From Candidatus Fervidifonticultor sextus (lineage in GTDB: Bacteria; Sysuimicrobiota; Sysuimicrobiia; Sysuimicrobiales; Humicultoraceae): a stretch of 64,000 nt of DNA. Each line of letters begins with the position of its first letter. The first letter of the stretch is position 1. The stretch is from assembly GCA_031459875.1 (NCBI GenBank), contig JAVKHQ010000001.1:1-64000 (forward strand), in the 5' to 3' direction. This document shows, in pieces, positions 18,839-29,471 of the stretch. The notes under the pieces were generated by a model. That model saw nothing but the letters and a program-made list of their open reading frames with translations. It had not been told where the DNA came from and searched no databases. A program made the position numbers and the translations under genes.

Positions 18839-20554
18839 ATGGCACGGATCGTGACCGAGGCTGATCTCAAGCACCGGAGCCGCGTGGTCACCGAGGGCGT
18901 GGAGCGGGCTCCGCATCGCGCGATGCTGCGCGCCACCGGGCTCTCTGATGACGATCTGCGGCGGCCGCTGGTGGGCGTGGCCAGCTCGTGGAACGAGGTG
19001 ACGCCCTGCAACCTCAACCTCGACTCCCAGGCCGATGCCGTCAAGGCCGGCGTGCGCAGCGCCGGCGGCACGCCCCAGGAGTTCGGGACCATCGCGGTCA
19101 GCGACGCGATCGCCATGGGCCATGAAGGCATGAAGGCCTCGCTGGTGAGCCGCGAGGTCATCGCCGATTCCATCGAGTTGATGGCCCATGCCCAGTGCTT
19201 CGACGCGCTGGTCGTGATTGCGGGCTGCGACAAGAGCCTTCCGGGGTCGGTGATGGCCCTGGCGCGGGTGAACCTGCCCGGGATCTTCCTCTACGGCGGC
19301 ACGATCCTGCCCGGCGCCTACGCGGGCCGCGATGTCACGGTCCAGGACGTCTATGAGGCCGTGGGGATGCACGCCCAGGGCAAGATGAGCGCCGCGGAGG
19401 TGGAGGCGCTGGAGCGGGCTGCCTGTCCCGGCGCCGGATCGTGCGGGGGACTGTACACCGCCAACACCATGGCTGCCGCCATCGAGGCCATGGGCCTCTC
19501 GTGGCCGGGGGTCGCGTCGATTCCGGCGGTGGATCCGCGGCGGCCCGAAGTGGTCCGCCGGTGCGGCGAGGCGGCCGTGCAGCTGCTGCGAGCGGGGATC
19601 CGGCCGCGCGACATCCTCACGCGGAAGGCCCTGGAGAACGGCATCCGCGTGGTGGTGGCTATGGGCGGGAGCACCAACGCCGTGCTGCACCTCCTGGCCA
19701 TCGCCCACGAGGCCGGGGTCCCCCTCTCCCTGGACGACTTCGACCGGCTCTCACGGCAGACTCCCCGCATCGCCGACCTGCGGCCGGGCGGACGCTACGT
19801 GATGGCCGACCTCGACCGGGTCGGCGGGGTCCCGGTCGTCATGCGGGCGCTGCACGACGCCGGGCTGCTCCACGGTGATGCGCTCACGGTCACGGGCCGC
19901 ACGGTGGGGGAGAACCTGGCGGAGGTTGCATCCGACGGCCGGCCGGTGGTCGTGCCGGTGCGGACACCGCTGGCCCCGGAGGGGGGGCTCGCCGTCCTGC
20001 GCGGCAGTCTCGCCCCAGACGGCGCGGTCCTCAAGACCGCCGGCGTGACCCAGGGCCACCACCGGGGGCCGGCGCGCGTGTTCGACCGCGAGGAGGACGC
20101 CTTCGCCGCCATCATCAAAGGTCGCATCCAGCCCGGCGACGTCGTGGTGATCCGGTACGAGGGGCCCAAGGGCGGACCGGGCATGCGGGAGATGCTCAGC
20201 GTCACCGCCGCGCTGGTGGGCCGCGGCCTCGGCCAGAGCGTGGCGCTGATTACCGACGGCCGGTTCTCCGGCGCCACTCACGGCCCGATGGTCGGGCATG
20301 TGGCACCTGAGGCCGCCGATGGCGGCCCCATCGCCCTGGTTCAGGAGGGGGACCCGATCGTCCTGGACATCCCGAACCGCCGCCTCGACCTGGAGGTGCC
20401 CGACGATATGCTGGCCCGCCGCCGGCAGGCGTGGGTACCCCCGGCTCCCCGGTACACGCGCGGGGCCCTGGCAAAATATGCGCGCCTCGTCTCCTCGGCG
20501 GCTTGGGGCGCGATCTGCGATTGGTCGGGAACCGGCACCGGGACCTTTGCGTAG
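18839..20554 (+). CDS. ilvD: dihydroxy-acid dehydratase
   Basis: [47 protein letters not shown]. Confidence 0.96.
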   Translation: MARIVTEADLKHRSRVVTEGVERAPHRAMLRATGLSDDDLRRPLVGVASSWNEVTPCNLNLDSQADAVKAGVRSAGGTPQEFGTIAVSDAIAMGHEGMKASLVSREVIADSIELMAHAQCFDALVVIAGCDKSLPGSVMALARVNLPGIFLYGGTILPGAYAGRDVTVQDVYEAVGMHAQGKMSAAEVEALERAACPGAGSCGGLYTANTMAAAIEAMGLSWPGVASIPAVDPRRPEVVRRCGEAAVQLLRAGIRPRDILTRKALENGIRVVVAMGGSTNAVLHLLAIAHEAGVPLSLDDFDRLSRQTPRIADLRPGGRYVMADLDRVGGVPVVMRALHDAGLLHGDALTVTGRTVGENLAEVASDGRPVVVPVRTPLAPEGGLAVLRGSLAPDGAVLKTAGVTQGHHRGPARVFDREEDAFAAIIKGRIQPGDVVVIRYEGPKGGPGMREMLSVTAALVGRGLGQSVALITDGRFSGATHGPMVGHVAPEAADGGPIALVQEGDPIVLDIPNRRLDLEVPDDMLARRRQAWVPPAPRYTRGALAKYARLVSSAAWGAICDWSGTGTGTFA

Positions 20555-20605
20555 ATCAGGGCGAACGGCGAAGGGTCACCGAGGCTGCCCGAAGGGAGGA
20601 CGATC

Positions 20606-21058
20606 ATGCAGGTTCCGCGTCTTGGCACACTGGCGCTCGTTGTCGCGCTGGTCATCGGCGCCACGGTCGCGTCGGCCCACGCCCAGGACATCTTCGGCAT
20701 CATCAAGACTCTGGGAATCGGCTACGCGGTCAGGACGTTCGCCCCGCAGATCAACAGCTTCATCAACGACCTGCTGCAGAACCGCGGCGCGGCGGTTCGC
20801 GAGCAGACCAAGGTTGTGCCGATTCTGAGCATCACCATCGGGATCCAGAACCCCGGAGGGGCCTACATTGGGGCCGCCCAGGTTTCCGGGCCCAGGGCGG
20901 CCGTGGAGCGGGTGGAGGCCGTCGCCCTGCTCGAGGCCGACTTCCAGACGGCCTTCCGCATCAAGGCCTATGTGCCGGTGGACAACCTCAAACCGTGGGA
21001 GGCCCTGCGGCGCGTTCCCGGGGTGGGCGTCTCGGCGATCGTGGACATCAGAATCTAG
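20606..21058 (+). CDS. conserved-looking hypothetical exported protein
   Basis: GGGAGG RBS, signal peptide ending AHA-Q, ordered protein-like sequence (KVVPILS...YIGAAQVSGP). Confidence 0.8.
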   Translation: MQVPRLGTLALVVALVIGATVASAHAQDIFGIIKTLGIGYAVRTFAPQINSFINDLLQNRGAAVREQTKVVPILSITIGIQNPGGAYIGAAQVSGPRAAVERVEAVALLEADFQTAFRIKAYVPVDNLKPWEALRRVPGVGVSAIVDIRI

Positions 21059-21413
21059 CCGTTTGGACTGCACGCGCCCACTGTGCGCGACGGGGTTCCC
21101 GGCATTGCACGACCGCGCGGCGCGGATCCCAGTCCTCAGGGGCGCCAAAGAGGTGTCGGGGAAACGCAACGAGGGTGCGAACCGGGATCGTGGGGGCGTC
21201 CACCCGGTACCGGCCGTCGAGGGCCACCGAGCAACCGCCCCAGGTGTTGGAGGTGGAGTTCCAGATGATGATTTCCTGGCCGTCTGGCGTCATGGAGACG
21301 GACACGCCCCGCAGACGGTCCGCCGCACGGACGATGCCACCTCCGGTGAGAGCGGCCAAGGTGAAGAGGATGAGGAAGACGACGTGCTGCTGCGTCCCGC
21401 GGACTGTGGCCAA
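21048..21413 (-). CDS. hypothetical exported protein (2 Cys)
   Basis: AGGAGG RBS before TTG; signal peptide ending VRA-A; 121 aa. Confidence 0.65.
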   Translation of the reverse strand: MATVRGTQQHVVFLILFTLAALTGGGIVRAADRLRGVSVSMTPDGQEIIIWNSTSNTWGGCSVALDGRYRVDAPTIPVRTLVAFPRHLFGAPEDWDPRRAVVQCREPRRAQWARAVQTARF

Positions 21414-21554
21414 TAGCGCCCTCCTGCAGTTCCCCCAAGAGGCGACCCATGGGTTTTGCCCACGATGCTGCGGGCGTAGACGCGACTAGGCGGGTGGAAT
21501 TGGGGGCACGTACCCTGGGGGACCTGCGCTGGCCGATCAGCCCCGGTGGGGCTG

Positions 21555-21650
21555 TGGCGGAGGGCCCTGGGAATCGAACCCAGCCTGGACCGTGCAGGCC
21601 CAGCGACCGGTTTTGAAGACCGGGGCCCGCACCAGCGGACACTGCCCTCC
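21555..21650 (-). tRNA. selC: tRNA-Sec (anticodon UCA)
   Basis: GGAGGGCA..., 6-bp D stem with TGGT loop, CT-TCA-AA anticodon loop, long variable arm, CTGGG-TTCGATT-CCCAG T arm, G discriminator and CCA. Confidence 0.96.
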
Positions 21651-21672
21651 CAGACCGCGCGGGTGCAGATGC

Positions 21673-21702
21673 ATTGTACGCGGGCTCTGCGGTCGCACGC
21701 AA
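21673..21702 (-). promoter_or_regulatory. selC promoter
   Basis: Minus strand TTGCGT, 18 bp, TACAAT ending about 22 nt before the tRNA 5' end. Confidence 0.55.
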
Positions 21703-21759
21703 GGCCCGCACACGGCGGGGCTGGAGGGACCAGCCCCTCCCAGTCGAATCGTCACGACA

Positions 21760-23022
21760 ATGATGAAGCCCTGGTGGCGACTGCTCCCGCTGGCCGCGCT
21801 GGTGGTCCTCGCACTGCCGCCTGTGCCGGCGCCTGGCGCTCCTGTGGGGTGCCTGATCACAGAAGGCGCAGAGATCGCCGGCGTCCGCGTCGGGATGGCC
21901 GCGAGCGCCGCGCTTGCCGTGACCGGACCGCCGCGGGATCGCCAGACTGTGGACAGCCGGGTCGTCTACACCCTGCGGCCGCCGTGGGGCCAGATGGTCG
22001 TAGACCGCGGCATCGTCCAGCGCGTCAGCGCCGTCGGCAACGAGTGTCGGACGACGCGCGGGGTCGGTCCAGGCGCCACCCTCGCCCAGGTCCGCAGCGC
22101 GTACAGCGGCGTCTCGGTCGTCACCCACGCCGAGGTACCCAGTGCCGAGTGGCTGGCGTTCCCCTTCGTGGGCGTCGCCTTCTTCCTGCGCGCCGGACAG
22201 GTGGAGGCGGTCGAGGTCTTCCGCGCCGAAACCCTGCCTCCCTCCGGCCCGGCTCCGGCGACCCCTGCCCCTGGCGCGACGCCGGCGCCAGGGGCGCCGA
22301 CTCCCACCCCCACCACCGCGCCCGGCACGTGGAGCATCCGCTCCACCTCCACGCGCGTGGAGAACGGGACGATCGTGATCAGCGGCACGGTGGAGAACCG
22401 TGCCCGAGCCCAGGCGGCCTATGCCGAAGTCCGGGTCCTCGGCGCAGACGGCCGGCAGATCGGGCAGGGGGAGAGTCCCCTCCAGCCCGCCCTGGTTCCC
22501 GTTGGCGGCACGGCGAGCTTCTCTGTGCGCGTCCAGGTGGATCAGGTGGTCCGCCGCTATACTGTGTTCATCCGTCCGGCGAACGCGCCCTCCGTCACCC
22601 TCGCGCAGGCCTCAGGCGAGATCAAGGACCCGCAGCAGTTTGGGGCCATGGCCGCCCGTCAGCTCCAGGTGTCCATCCAGGCGACCAGCCCCACGCCGTC
22701 CGCGTCGACCTTCGTCGTCCATGTGACGAACCCGAGCCCGTTCAAGGTCGAGAGCGTCACGGTGGCGGTTGAGATGCTCGTCACCTGTCGGGTGGCCTCC
22801 CGCCTGACCCCGATCCTCGTGGCCGGAGCAGGGCCATTGCCGACGCCGGCGCCGACGCCCGGCCGCGCCATTCAGGAAATCTGGACCGGGACGGCCACCG
22901 TGCGACAGATCGGCCCACGCGCGTCTGCGCAAAGCCCCCTGCAGCTCTCCGGCGGTGTCTGCCTGATGTTCCTGACCTGGTCGGCCAGCACCCGGGTCGG
23001 CGATGTGAAGATCGCCGAGTAG
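21760..23022 (+). CDS. exported multidomain protein with FxLYD-like Ig domain (paralog 1)
   Basis: Signal peptide; TTRGVGPG...VRSAY N-domain; Pro/Thr linker; GTVEN...AEVRVLGADG...ASF beta-sandwich pattern. Confidence 0.75.
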   Translation: MMKPWWRLLPLAALVVLALPPVPAPGAPVGCLITEGAEIAGVRVGMAASAALAVTGPPRDRQTVDSRVVYTLRPPWGQMVVDRGIVQRVSAVGNECRTTRGVGPGATLAQVRSAYSGVSVVTHAEVPSAEWLAFPFVGVAFFLRAGQVEAVEVFRAETLPPSGPAPATPAPGATPAPGAPTPTPTTAPGTWSIRSTSTRVENGTIVISGTVENRARAQAAYAEVRVLGADGRQIGQGESPLQPALVPVGGTASFSVRVQVDQVVRRYTVFIRPANAPSVTLAQASGEIKDPQQFGAMAARQLQVSIQATSPTPSASTFVVHVTNPSPFKVESVTVAVEMLVTCRVASRLTPILVAGAGPLPTPAPTPGRAIQEIWTGTATVRQIGPRASAQSPLQLSGGVCLMFLTWSASTRVGDVKIAE

Positions 23023-23032
23023 ACCGCAGCCG

Positions 23033-24214
23033 GTGTACCCACGATCCCTCAGGACGACGAAGGTGCGGTGCCTGGCGGCCCTGGCCTGCCTGGCCGCCGT
23101 CGGGAGCCTCCCGACGCCGGCCGCCGCGGCGGCTGTGTGTCTCATCGTTGAGGGGAGGGAGATCGCCGGGCTCCGGTTGGGCACGCCGCTGGCTGCCGCC
23201 CTGGCTGCAGCTGGTCCCCCGCAGGGGCAGCAGACCGCCGGGCGACAGGTCATCTACACGCTGCGGGCCCCGTGGGCATCCATGGTGGTCGAAGACGGGG
23301 TGGTGCAGCGCCTCGCCACACGATCCCCAGCCTGCAAGACCGCGGCACGCGTGGGTCCCGGGTCCACACTCCGAGCCATCGGGGAGGCATACGCCAGCGC
23401 GAGGGCCAGCATCACCGCCGTCACAACTGCCGGCGACCTGCTCTCCTATCCCTTCGAGGGGATTGGATTCCTGCTCCGCCGGGGTCGCGCCGACACCGTG
23501 GAAGTGTTCCCCAGGGACGTGCCTACGACATCATCGGCGGGTATGCAGGCCCCCGCGACTCCCACCCCCCCGCTCTGGGCGATCCGGGCGGTTGACGCCC
23601 GCGTGGACGGCGTCGTCCTGGTCGTCACCGGAATCGTGGAGAACCACGGCCGCGCGATGCTGGCCTACGCTGAAGTGGCCGCGCTGGACGATCGGGGCCG
23701 GCAGGTGGCGACCGGTGACAGCCCCCTGGATCCCAACCCGGTGCCCTACGGCGGCACGGCTACGTTTGAAGTGCGCCTCAACGTCGACGACGTGGTCCGG
23801 CGCTACACGGTCACGGTGCGGCCGGTCGGCTCGATTACAGGATCGCTGGCCGACCAGACCGGTGAGATCAGGAACCGTCAGCAGTTCAACCAGGTCGTCA
23901 TGCGCCGGCTGCAGGTCGCCGCCGAGCCTGCGGCGGGTCCACCCCGCGTGGTCGTCACGGTGAGCAACGGGAGCGTTGCCGCCCTGGCGAGCGCCACCGC
24001 CGCCGTCGAGTATGACACGCGGTGCTTCATCCCCGTGCCCAGACCCGGGCGGTTTGTCTCGACCGCCGGAAGCGGGCTCGTGACCGTCGGCCAGATCCCT
24101 GCCGGCGGCACGGCCCAGGCGGCTCTGGCCGTGGCCAATGCCACCCCGGGGTGCGAGAACTTCGCGGTGGTCGCCGCCCGCGCCCGCATCGCCGACGCGA
24201 AGGTGGCGGACTGA
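23033..24214 (+). CDS. exported multidomain protein with FxLYD-like Ig domain (paralog 2)
   Basis: Colinear similarity to 21760-23022 (CLIxEGxEIAG, VxYTLRxPW, YAEV, VVRRYTV); signal peptide. Confidence 0.75.
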   Translation: MYPRSLRTTKVRCLAALACLAAVGSLPTPAAAAAVCLIVEGREIAGLRLGTPLAAALAAAGPPQGQQTAGRQVIYTLRAPWASMVVEDGVVQRLATRSPACKTAARVGPGSTLRAIGEAYASARASITAVTTAGDLLSYPFEGIGFLLRRGRADTVEVFPRDVPTTSSAGMQAPATPTPPLWAIRAVDARVDGVVLVVTGIVENHGRAMLAYAEVAALDDRGRQVATGDSPLDPNPVPYGGTATFEVRLNVDDVVRRYTVTVRPVGSITGSLADQTGEIRNRQQFNQVVMRRLQVAAEPAAGPPRVVVTVSNGSVAALASATAAVEYDTRCFIPVPRPGRFVSTAGSGLVTVGQIPAGGTAQAALAVANATPGCENFAVVAARARIADAKVAD

Positions 24215-24223
24215 GGCCGGCGG

Positions 24224-26137
24224 TCAGGGGTCGGACGGTGTGGGGCTGTCGGCGTTGGGCCCCAGCACGCGGCGATCTCCGACCCTCCTGGTGACCCGGA
24301 GCCCGTCCAGATACTCCAGCAGCGCCAGCGCGTACCGCCGGCTGGTCTGAAACCGGTCCCGCACGATGGCGACGGTGACCTCTTCGCCGCGCCGCAACAT
24401 CTCCACCACCGTCTGCCGGACGCGGGCAATGGTGGCTGCCGAGAAGCGCAGGTCGGGGCCGACCGGCACGACCAGGCCATCGTCGATCAGCGCCTGCAGC
24501 ATCCGGTCGACAGCCGTCGGATCGGCGAGCCGGCGCAGTTCCTCCAGCGGGGGCGGGGAAACGCCGCCGCGCTCGATGGCATCCTGCACCAGTTCCCGGA
24601 CGCGCCCGTCTGTTTGGTGGACTCGCGGGGCGTGATCCGAAAGCGCCACTAGGCCGCGCTGCACCGTGACGCGTCCGGCTCCCGTCAGGTCCGACAGCGC
24701 CGCCTCAAAGAGACGCTCGGACCCTGCGGCGAGCACCCGGGGTTTGAGTTCCTCGCGCGGCATCCCCCGGCGCCAGGGCACGCGCGCGTGGTAGTCCCGG
24801 AGCGTGTGCTCGATCGCCCGGTGCAGGTCCTCCAGCACCGACTGCGCATACAGCCGGTCCCCGTGCGCGACGAGTGTACCTTCGCGCAGTGCCGCCGCCA
24901 CGGCCTGGGCGGCCGCCGGCTCTTCCACCCCGGCGGCCCTGGCGGCCTCGTGGGTCGGCATGCCGGCCTGCCCCCGCGCGGCCACCGCCGCGACCACCAG
25001 CGGCCCGGGTCCGGCTTGCTCGGAGGCCGCCGCGGCGTCCGCGCCCCTTCGGCGGACCGGAGGGGACGCGTTCAGCACCACCCCGCCGCCCATCGTCTGG
25101 GTGGGCGAGTAGCGTCGGACGACGAAGCGGTCCCCGTGGACGGCCACGACCGGCCGCTCCAGGCGCAGTTGCGCAAGCCCTTCCTCCCCCGGCCGCAGGG
25201 CCGACCGGTCGAACAGGACCACCCGGGCGACGGTGGCGCCCGACCCCAGGTGCAGGTGCACGCGGCCCGCATGACGCAGCGCCGGCGTCCCCGGGAGGAG
25301 GCGGAGCCGTACGTCCAGGCGGTCGGTCGGGGAGAAGGCGTCCGGCGTGGCCAGGACGTCCCCGCGCTGGACGGCCTCCTTGTCGATGCCGGCCAGGTTG
25401 ACGGCCACGCGGCTGCCCGCATAGACCTCCGGCGCCGGCGTCCCGTGGACCTGCAGGCCCCGGACGCGCACGGCTCGTCCCTCCGGCAGCACCACCAGCA
25501 GGTCACCCCCCCGGATGGTCCCGCTCCACAGCGTCCCGGTCACCACGGTGCCGAACCCGCGCATGGTGAAGGCGCGATCCACAGGGAGCCGCACCGGGCC
25601 GTCGGCCGGTCGCCCCGGCACCGCCTCGACCAAGCGGTCCAGCACGGCCAGCAGCTCGGGCAGGCCCTCACCGGTTCGCGCCGAGACCCGGACGATCGGG
25701 GCGTCCTCCAGCGGGGTCCCCGTGACGATGTCTGCCAGGTCCTGCTCGACCGCCATCACCCACTCCGGATCGGAGACGAGATCGATCTTGTTGAGCACGA
25801 CGACCCCACCGGCCAGACGCAGGAACCGCAGGATGTCCAGATGCTCGCGGGTCTGCGGCATGACCCCCTCGTCGGCCGCCACGACGAGCATCACCAGGTC
25901 GATGCCTCCGGCGCCAGCCAGCATGTTGTGGACGAGGGCCTCGTGGCCGGGCACATCCACGATGCCGACGCGCCGCCCGCTAGGCAGGTCCAGATGGGCG
26001 AAGCCGAGGTCGAGCGTCATGCCCCGGCGCTGTTCCTCGGCCAGCCGGTCGGGATCGATCCCGGTCAGGGCCCGGACCAGCGCGCTCTTGCCGTGATCGA
26101 TGTGGCCGGCAGTGCCGATGGTGACAGGCGGCTTCAC
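24224..26137 (-). CDS. selB: selenocysteine-specific elongation factor SelB
   Basis: [33 protein letters not shown]-terminal [13 protein letters not shown]...TRRVGDRR winged helix. Confidence 0.96.
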   Translation of the reverse strand: MKPPVTIGTAGHIDHGKSALVRALTGIDPDRLAEEQRRGMTLDLGFAHLDLPSGRRVGIVDVPGHEALVHNMLAGAGGIDLVMLVVAADEGVMPQTREHLDILRFLRLAGGVVVLNKIDLVSDPEWVMAVEQDLADIVTGTPLEDAPIVRVSARTGEGLPELLAVLDRLVEAVPGRPADGPVRLPVDRAFTMRGFGTVVTGTLWSGTIRGGDLLVVLPEGRAVRVRGLQVHGTPAPEVYAGSRVAVNLAGIDKEAVQRGDVLATPDAFSPTDRLDVRLRLLPGTPALRHAGRVHLHLGSGATVARVVLFDRSALRPGEEGLAQLRLERPVVAVHGDRFVVRRYSPTQTMGGGVVLNASPPVRRRGADAAAASEQAGPGPLVVAAVAARGQAGMPTHEAARAAGVEEPAAAQAVAAALREGTLVAHGDRLYAQSVLEDLHRAIEHTLRDYHARVPWRRGMPREELKPRVLAAGSERLFEAALSDLTGAGRVTVQRGLVALSDHAPRVHQTDGRVRELVQDAIERGGVSPPPLEELRRLADPTAVDRMLQALIDDGLVVPVGPDLRFSAATIARVRQTVVEMLRRGEEVTVAIVRDRFQTSRRYALALLEYLDGLRVTRRVGDRRVLGPNADSPTPSDP

Positions 26138-26150
26138 GGCGTCGCGGACA

Positions 26151-27548
26151 TCATCCGAGGCCGGCGGCGGACCGGAGCAACCCGGGGAGCAATCGGTCGT
26201 CGCCCGGCAGTAGGGCCAGGACATCCAGCAGCAGCGCGTCGTCGCGGACTACGCCGACGACGGGGACCGCCCCGGCGCGCAGCCGCGCAGCCCAGGCGTC
26301 AGGGCGCCCGTCGGCTGGCCTGATCGCCACCGCCCACGACGGCACCGCCGCGCCCGGGAGCGACCCGCCCCCGATCTCCCCGACGGTCTGCACGACGCTG
26401 GCGGTCGCCGTCCCGCCCAGGACGCGGCCGACGCGGCGCGCCAGCCGCAGCGCCCGACGCCGGCGCTGCGCCGGTGTCAATGAGAGCATGGCCAGGATCG
26501 GGATCTCGCGCCAGGCCCGGTCGGGGTCGAGGTAGACGGCCAGGGTGGCCGCCAGGGCGGCCAGGTCGAGTTTGTCGATGCGGAACGCGCGCGCCAGCGG
26601 GTGCCGGCGGCACCGCTCGACGGCGGCCCGCATCCCGACCACCACCCCGGCCTGCGGGCCGCCCAGCAGCTTGTCCCCACTGAACAGCACCAGATCGGCG
26701 CCTGCCGCCACGGAGGCCTGCACCGTGGGCTCCCGCGGCAGCCCGGCGGCGCTCAGGTCCACGAGGCATCCGCTGCCCAGATCGTAGACCACCGGCACCC
26801 CCCGGCGACGGCCCAGCGCGACCAGGTCGGTCAGTTCCACGTCATGCACGAACCCGCTCTGGGTGAAGTTGCTCCGGTGGACCTTGAGCAGCAGGGCCGC
26901 CCCCCGGTCCAGCGCGGCCTCGTAGTCCGCGGGATACGTCCGGTTGGTCGTCCCCACCTCCATCAGGCGCGCGCCGCTCTGGTCCATGACCTCGGGCAGC
27001 CGGAAACTCCCGCCGATCTCGATCAGTTCGCCGCGTGAGACCGCGACCTGGCGGCCGCCGGCGAGCGCGGCCAGCGTCAGCGTGACGGCGGCCGCCGCGT
27101 TGTTGACGGCCAGCCCGGCCTCGGCCCCCGTGACGGCTCGGAGGAGGGCCTCCAGGTGGGCCTGACGGCTGCCGCGCTGGCCGGTCTGGAGGTCGAGTTC
27201 CAGGGTGCTGTATCCCGAAGCCATGTCGGCGACGGCGGCCCGGGCCGCGGCCGAGAGGGGCGCGCGTCCCAGGTTGGTGTGGAGGATGATCCCGGTGGCG
27301 TTGACGGCGCGACGCAGAGTGCCGCCGAAGCGGCGGCGCAGCAGCGCTTCGGCTTCGTCGGCGATTCGCTCATCGCCCACCGGTGCCTCACCGCCCCGTC
27401 GAATCCGCTGTCGCGCCTCGTCCAGGACCTCTCGGACGCACAGCGTCGCCGCCCGCCGGGGAAAGGCGTCCAGCACCCCGCGCGATGCCAGCGCGACCAG
27501 GATGCGGTCGACCGAAGGGAGGCCCCGCAGCCCCGGGTGGCCGGCCAC
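26151..27548 (-). CDS. selA: L-seryl-tRNA(Sec) selenium transferase
   Basis: NATGIILHTNLGRAPL, SRGELIEIGGSFR, EVGTTNRT, FSGDKLLGGPQAG. Confidence 0.97.
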   Translation of the reverse strand: MAGHPGLRGLPSVDRILVALASRGVLDAFPRRAATLCVREVLDEARQRIRRGGEAPVGDERIADEAEALLRRRFGGTLRRAVNATGIILHTNLGRAPLSAAARAAVADMASGYSTLELDLQTGQRGSRQAHLEALLRAVTGAEAGLAVNNAAAAVTLTLAALAGGRQVAVSRGELIEIGGSFRLPEVMDQSGARLMEVGTTNRTYPADYEAALDRGAALLLKVHRSNFTQSGFVHDVELTDLVALGRRRGVPVVYDLGSGCLVDLSAAGLPREPTVQASVAAGADLVLFSGDKLLGGPQAGVVVGMRAAVERCRRHPLARAFRIDKLDLAALAATLAVYLDPDRAWREIPILAMLSLTPAQRRRRALRLARRVGRVLGGTATASVVQTVGEIGGGSLPGAAVPSWAVAIRPADGRPDAWAARLRAGAVPVVGVVRDDALLLDVLALLPGDDRLLPGLLRSAAGLG

Positions 27549-27559
27549 GGAGGACGCGC

Positions 27560-27787
27560 CTACCGCAGGAACAACCCCAGCGCGACGGCCACGGCCGCCA
27601 CGACCACCGCGACGGCCAGCAGCCGGCGCAGGTCCCCGCGCAGCCGCTGCATCAGCACAGCGTCGGCTTCAGGGCTGCCAGGGGACGGGCCCGCGACGGT
27701 GGCAGCGCTGCCGCGCAGGCGGCTGCCGCATCGCACACACAGGACCCGGCCGGGAGGATTTTCCGTTCCGCACTTCGCGCATCGCAT
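27560..27787 (-). CDS. zinc-ribbon membrane protein
   Basis: CxxCGTEN...CxxCG zinc ribbon plus C-terminal TM helix. Confidence 0.8.
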   Translation of the reverse strand: MRCAKCGTENPPGRVLCVRCGSRLRGSAATVAGPSPGSPEADAVLMQRLRGDLRRLLAVAVVVAAVAVALGLFLR

Positions 27788-27823
27788 CGGGGAGGCTCCT
27801 CTCGCCCCACAGATCTCCAACCG

Positions 27824-28696
27824 CTATGTGCCCGCCAGCGCCAGGTCTGGGGCGCGGTCCTGCGGCCGGCGCGCGGCTGCCGCCTCCCGGAGCGGCACGA
27901 CGACGGCTTCCGGCACGTACTGGCTTCCCACCCCCACGCCGGTGGCCAGGCCGCCGCCGTGGAAGTCCGTGCCGCCCGTGATCAGCAACCCGTGCCGGCG
28001 CGCCAGCGCCGCATAGCGCTCCACCTGGTCGGGCGAGTGGTCGGGGTAGTAGACCTCGATCCCGTCGAGGCCTTGGGCGACCAACTCGGGGATCAGGGCC
28101 TCCTGCTGGCCCCATCCGGGGTGCGCGAGGACCGCGAGGCCGCCTGCCGCCCGAATCACCTGCACCGCCTGCGCCGGCGTCACTTTCAGACGCTCGACGT
28201 AGGCGGGGCCACTCCGACCGATGTACCGCTCGAAGGCTTCGGCCACGGTCCTGGTGTGTCCCGCCTCGACCAGCGCCCGGGCGATGTGGGGTCTCCCGAT
28301 GGCCCCGCCGCCGGCCAGCGCCTCTACCCGCGCATAGTCCACCGGCACGCCCAAAGCTGCCAGGCGCTCGACCATCCGCCGCGCGCGGCGGGCACGGCCG
28401 TCGCGCAGCCGCTCCAGCAACGCCTGGAACCACCCGAGGTGGTGGTCCACGAAGTAGCCCAGCATGTGGACTTCGCCGTCTTCGACATCGCATGAGAGTT
28501 CCACGGCGGGCCAGACCTCCACCCCGGAGGCCTCGCCGGCGGAGGCCGCCGGGTCCACACCGGCTGTGGTGTCGTGGTCGCTGACCGCTAGCAGCCCGAC
28601 GCCCCACCGGGCCGCCTCGGCCACCAGGGCGGCCGGCGCCAGCAGGCCGTCTGAGGCGGTCGTGTGGGTGTGGAGGTCGATGCGCATGCTAGCCAT
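27824..28696 (-). CDS. PHP domain phosphoesterase (TrpH/YciV-like)
   Basis: DLHTHTTASDG, SDHDT, GRPHIARAL, AHP, GGTDFHG. Confidence 0.92.
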   Translation of the reverse strand: MASMRIDLHTHTTASDGLLAPAALVAEAARWGVGLLAVSDHDTTAGVDPAASAGEASGVEVWPAVELSCDVEDGEVHMLGYFVDHHLGWFQALLERLRDGRARRARRMVERLAALGVPVDYARVEALAGGGAIGRPHIARALVEAGHTRTVAEAFERYIGRSGPAYVERLKVTPAQAVQVIRAAGGLAVLAHPGWGQQEALIPELVAQGLDGIEVYYPDHSPDQVERYAALARRHGLLITGGTDFHGGGLATGVGVGSQYVPEAVVVPLREAAAARRPQDRAPDLALAGT

Positions 28697-29471
28697 CGGC
28701 GACGATCTGGAGGCGCTCGATGGATTCGGCGCGGCCGTCGTCGATGATGCCGATGATGACGGCGTTGAGCTGTACCGGCCCGGAGGCCACCTCGAAGCGC
28801 ACGGGAAGCTGGGTCAAGAAGCGCTCCAGGATCGCCTCGCGCTTCATCCCGATGATCCCGTCCCGCGGACCGGTCATCCCCACGTCGGTGATGTAGGCGG
28901 TCCCCCCGGGGAGGACGCGCTCATCGGCCGTCTGGACGTGGGTGTGGGTCCCGATCACGGCGCTGACGAGGCCGTCCAGATACCATCCCATGGCGACCTT
29001 CTCGGATGTGGCCTCGGCATGGAAATCGACGATGACGGCCGGCACCTCGGCCCGCAGCACGGCCGCCTGCTCCCGACCGACCCGAAACGGGTCGTCCAAT
29101 TCCTGCATGAACACCCGGCCCTGGAGGTTGAGGACCCCCAGCCGCACGCCGGTGGCGGTGGTGATCACGGCGGCCCCGCGGCCCGGGACGCCCGGCGGGT
29201 AGTTGGCCGGACGCAACACCCTCGGGTCCGCATCCAGCAGCTCGTAGGCCTCGCGGTTGTGCCAGATGTGGTTGCCGCCGGTGATGACATCCACGCCGGT
29301 GGCGAACAGCTCCTCCGCGACCCCGGCGGTGAGGCCCATGCCGCCCGCGGCGTTCTCGCCGTTGGCCACGATGGCATCGAGACCGTGGGTGCGGCGTAAG
29401 GCCGCCAGGCGGGCGGCCAGCAGCCGTCGGCCGGGCTTCCCGGTCACGTCGCCGACGAAGAGGACTCTCAC
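28689..29471 (-). CDS. ymdB: YmdB-type metallophosphoesterase
   Basis: [39 protein letters not shown]. Confidence 0.95.
   Translation of the reverse strand: MRVLFVGDVTGKPGRRLLAARLAALRRTHGLDAIVANGENAAGGMGLTAGVAEELFATGVDVITGGNHIWHNREAYELLDADPRVLRPANYPPGVPGRGAAVITTATGVRLGVLNLQGRVFMQELDDPFRVGREQAAVLRAEVPAVIVDFHAEATSEKVAMGWYLDGLVSAVIGTHTHVQTADERVLPGGTAYITDVGMTGPRDGIIGMKREAILERFLTQLPVRFEVASGPVQLNAVIIGIIDDGRAESIERLQIVADG

Noticed and set aside
21430..21470. Minus strand GGGCAAAACCCATGGGTCGC resembling the start of a c-di-GMP-I riboswitch
   Set aside because: Lacks the GAAA tetraloop, the GCAAA junction and a recognisable P3 stem
16146..27787. In-frame UGA selenoproteins near selABC
   Set aside because: The TGA stops checked fall at natural C-termini or in start/stop overlaps, and catalytic positions in rhodanese, YeeE and TusA are Cys codons
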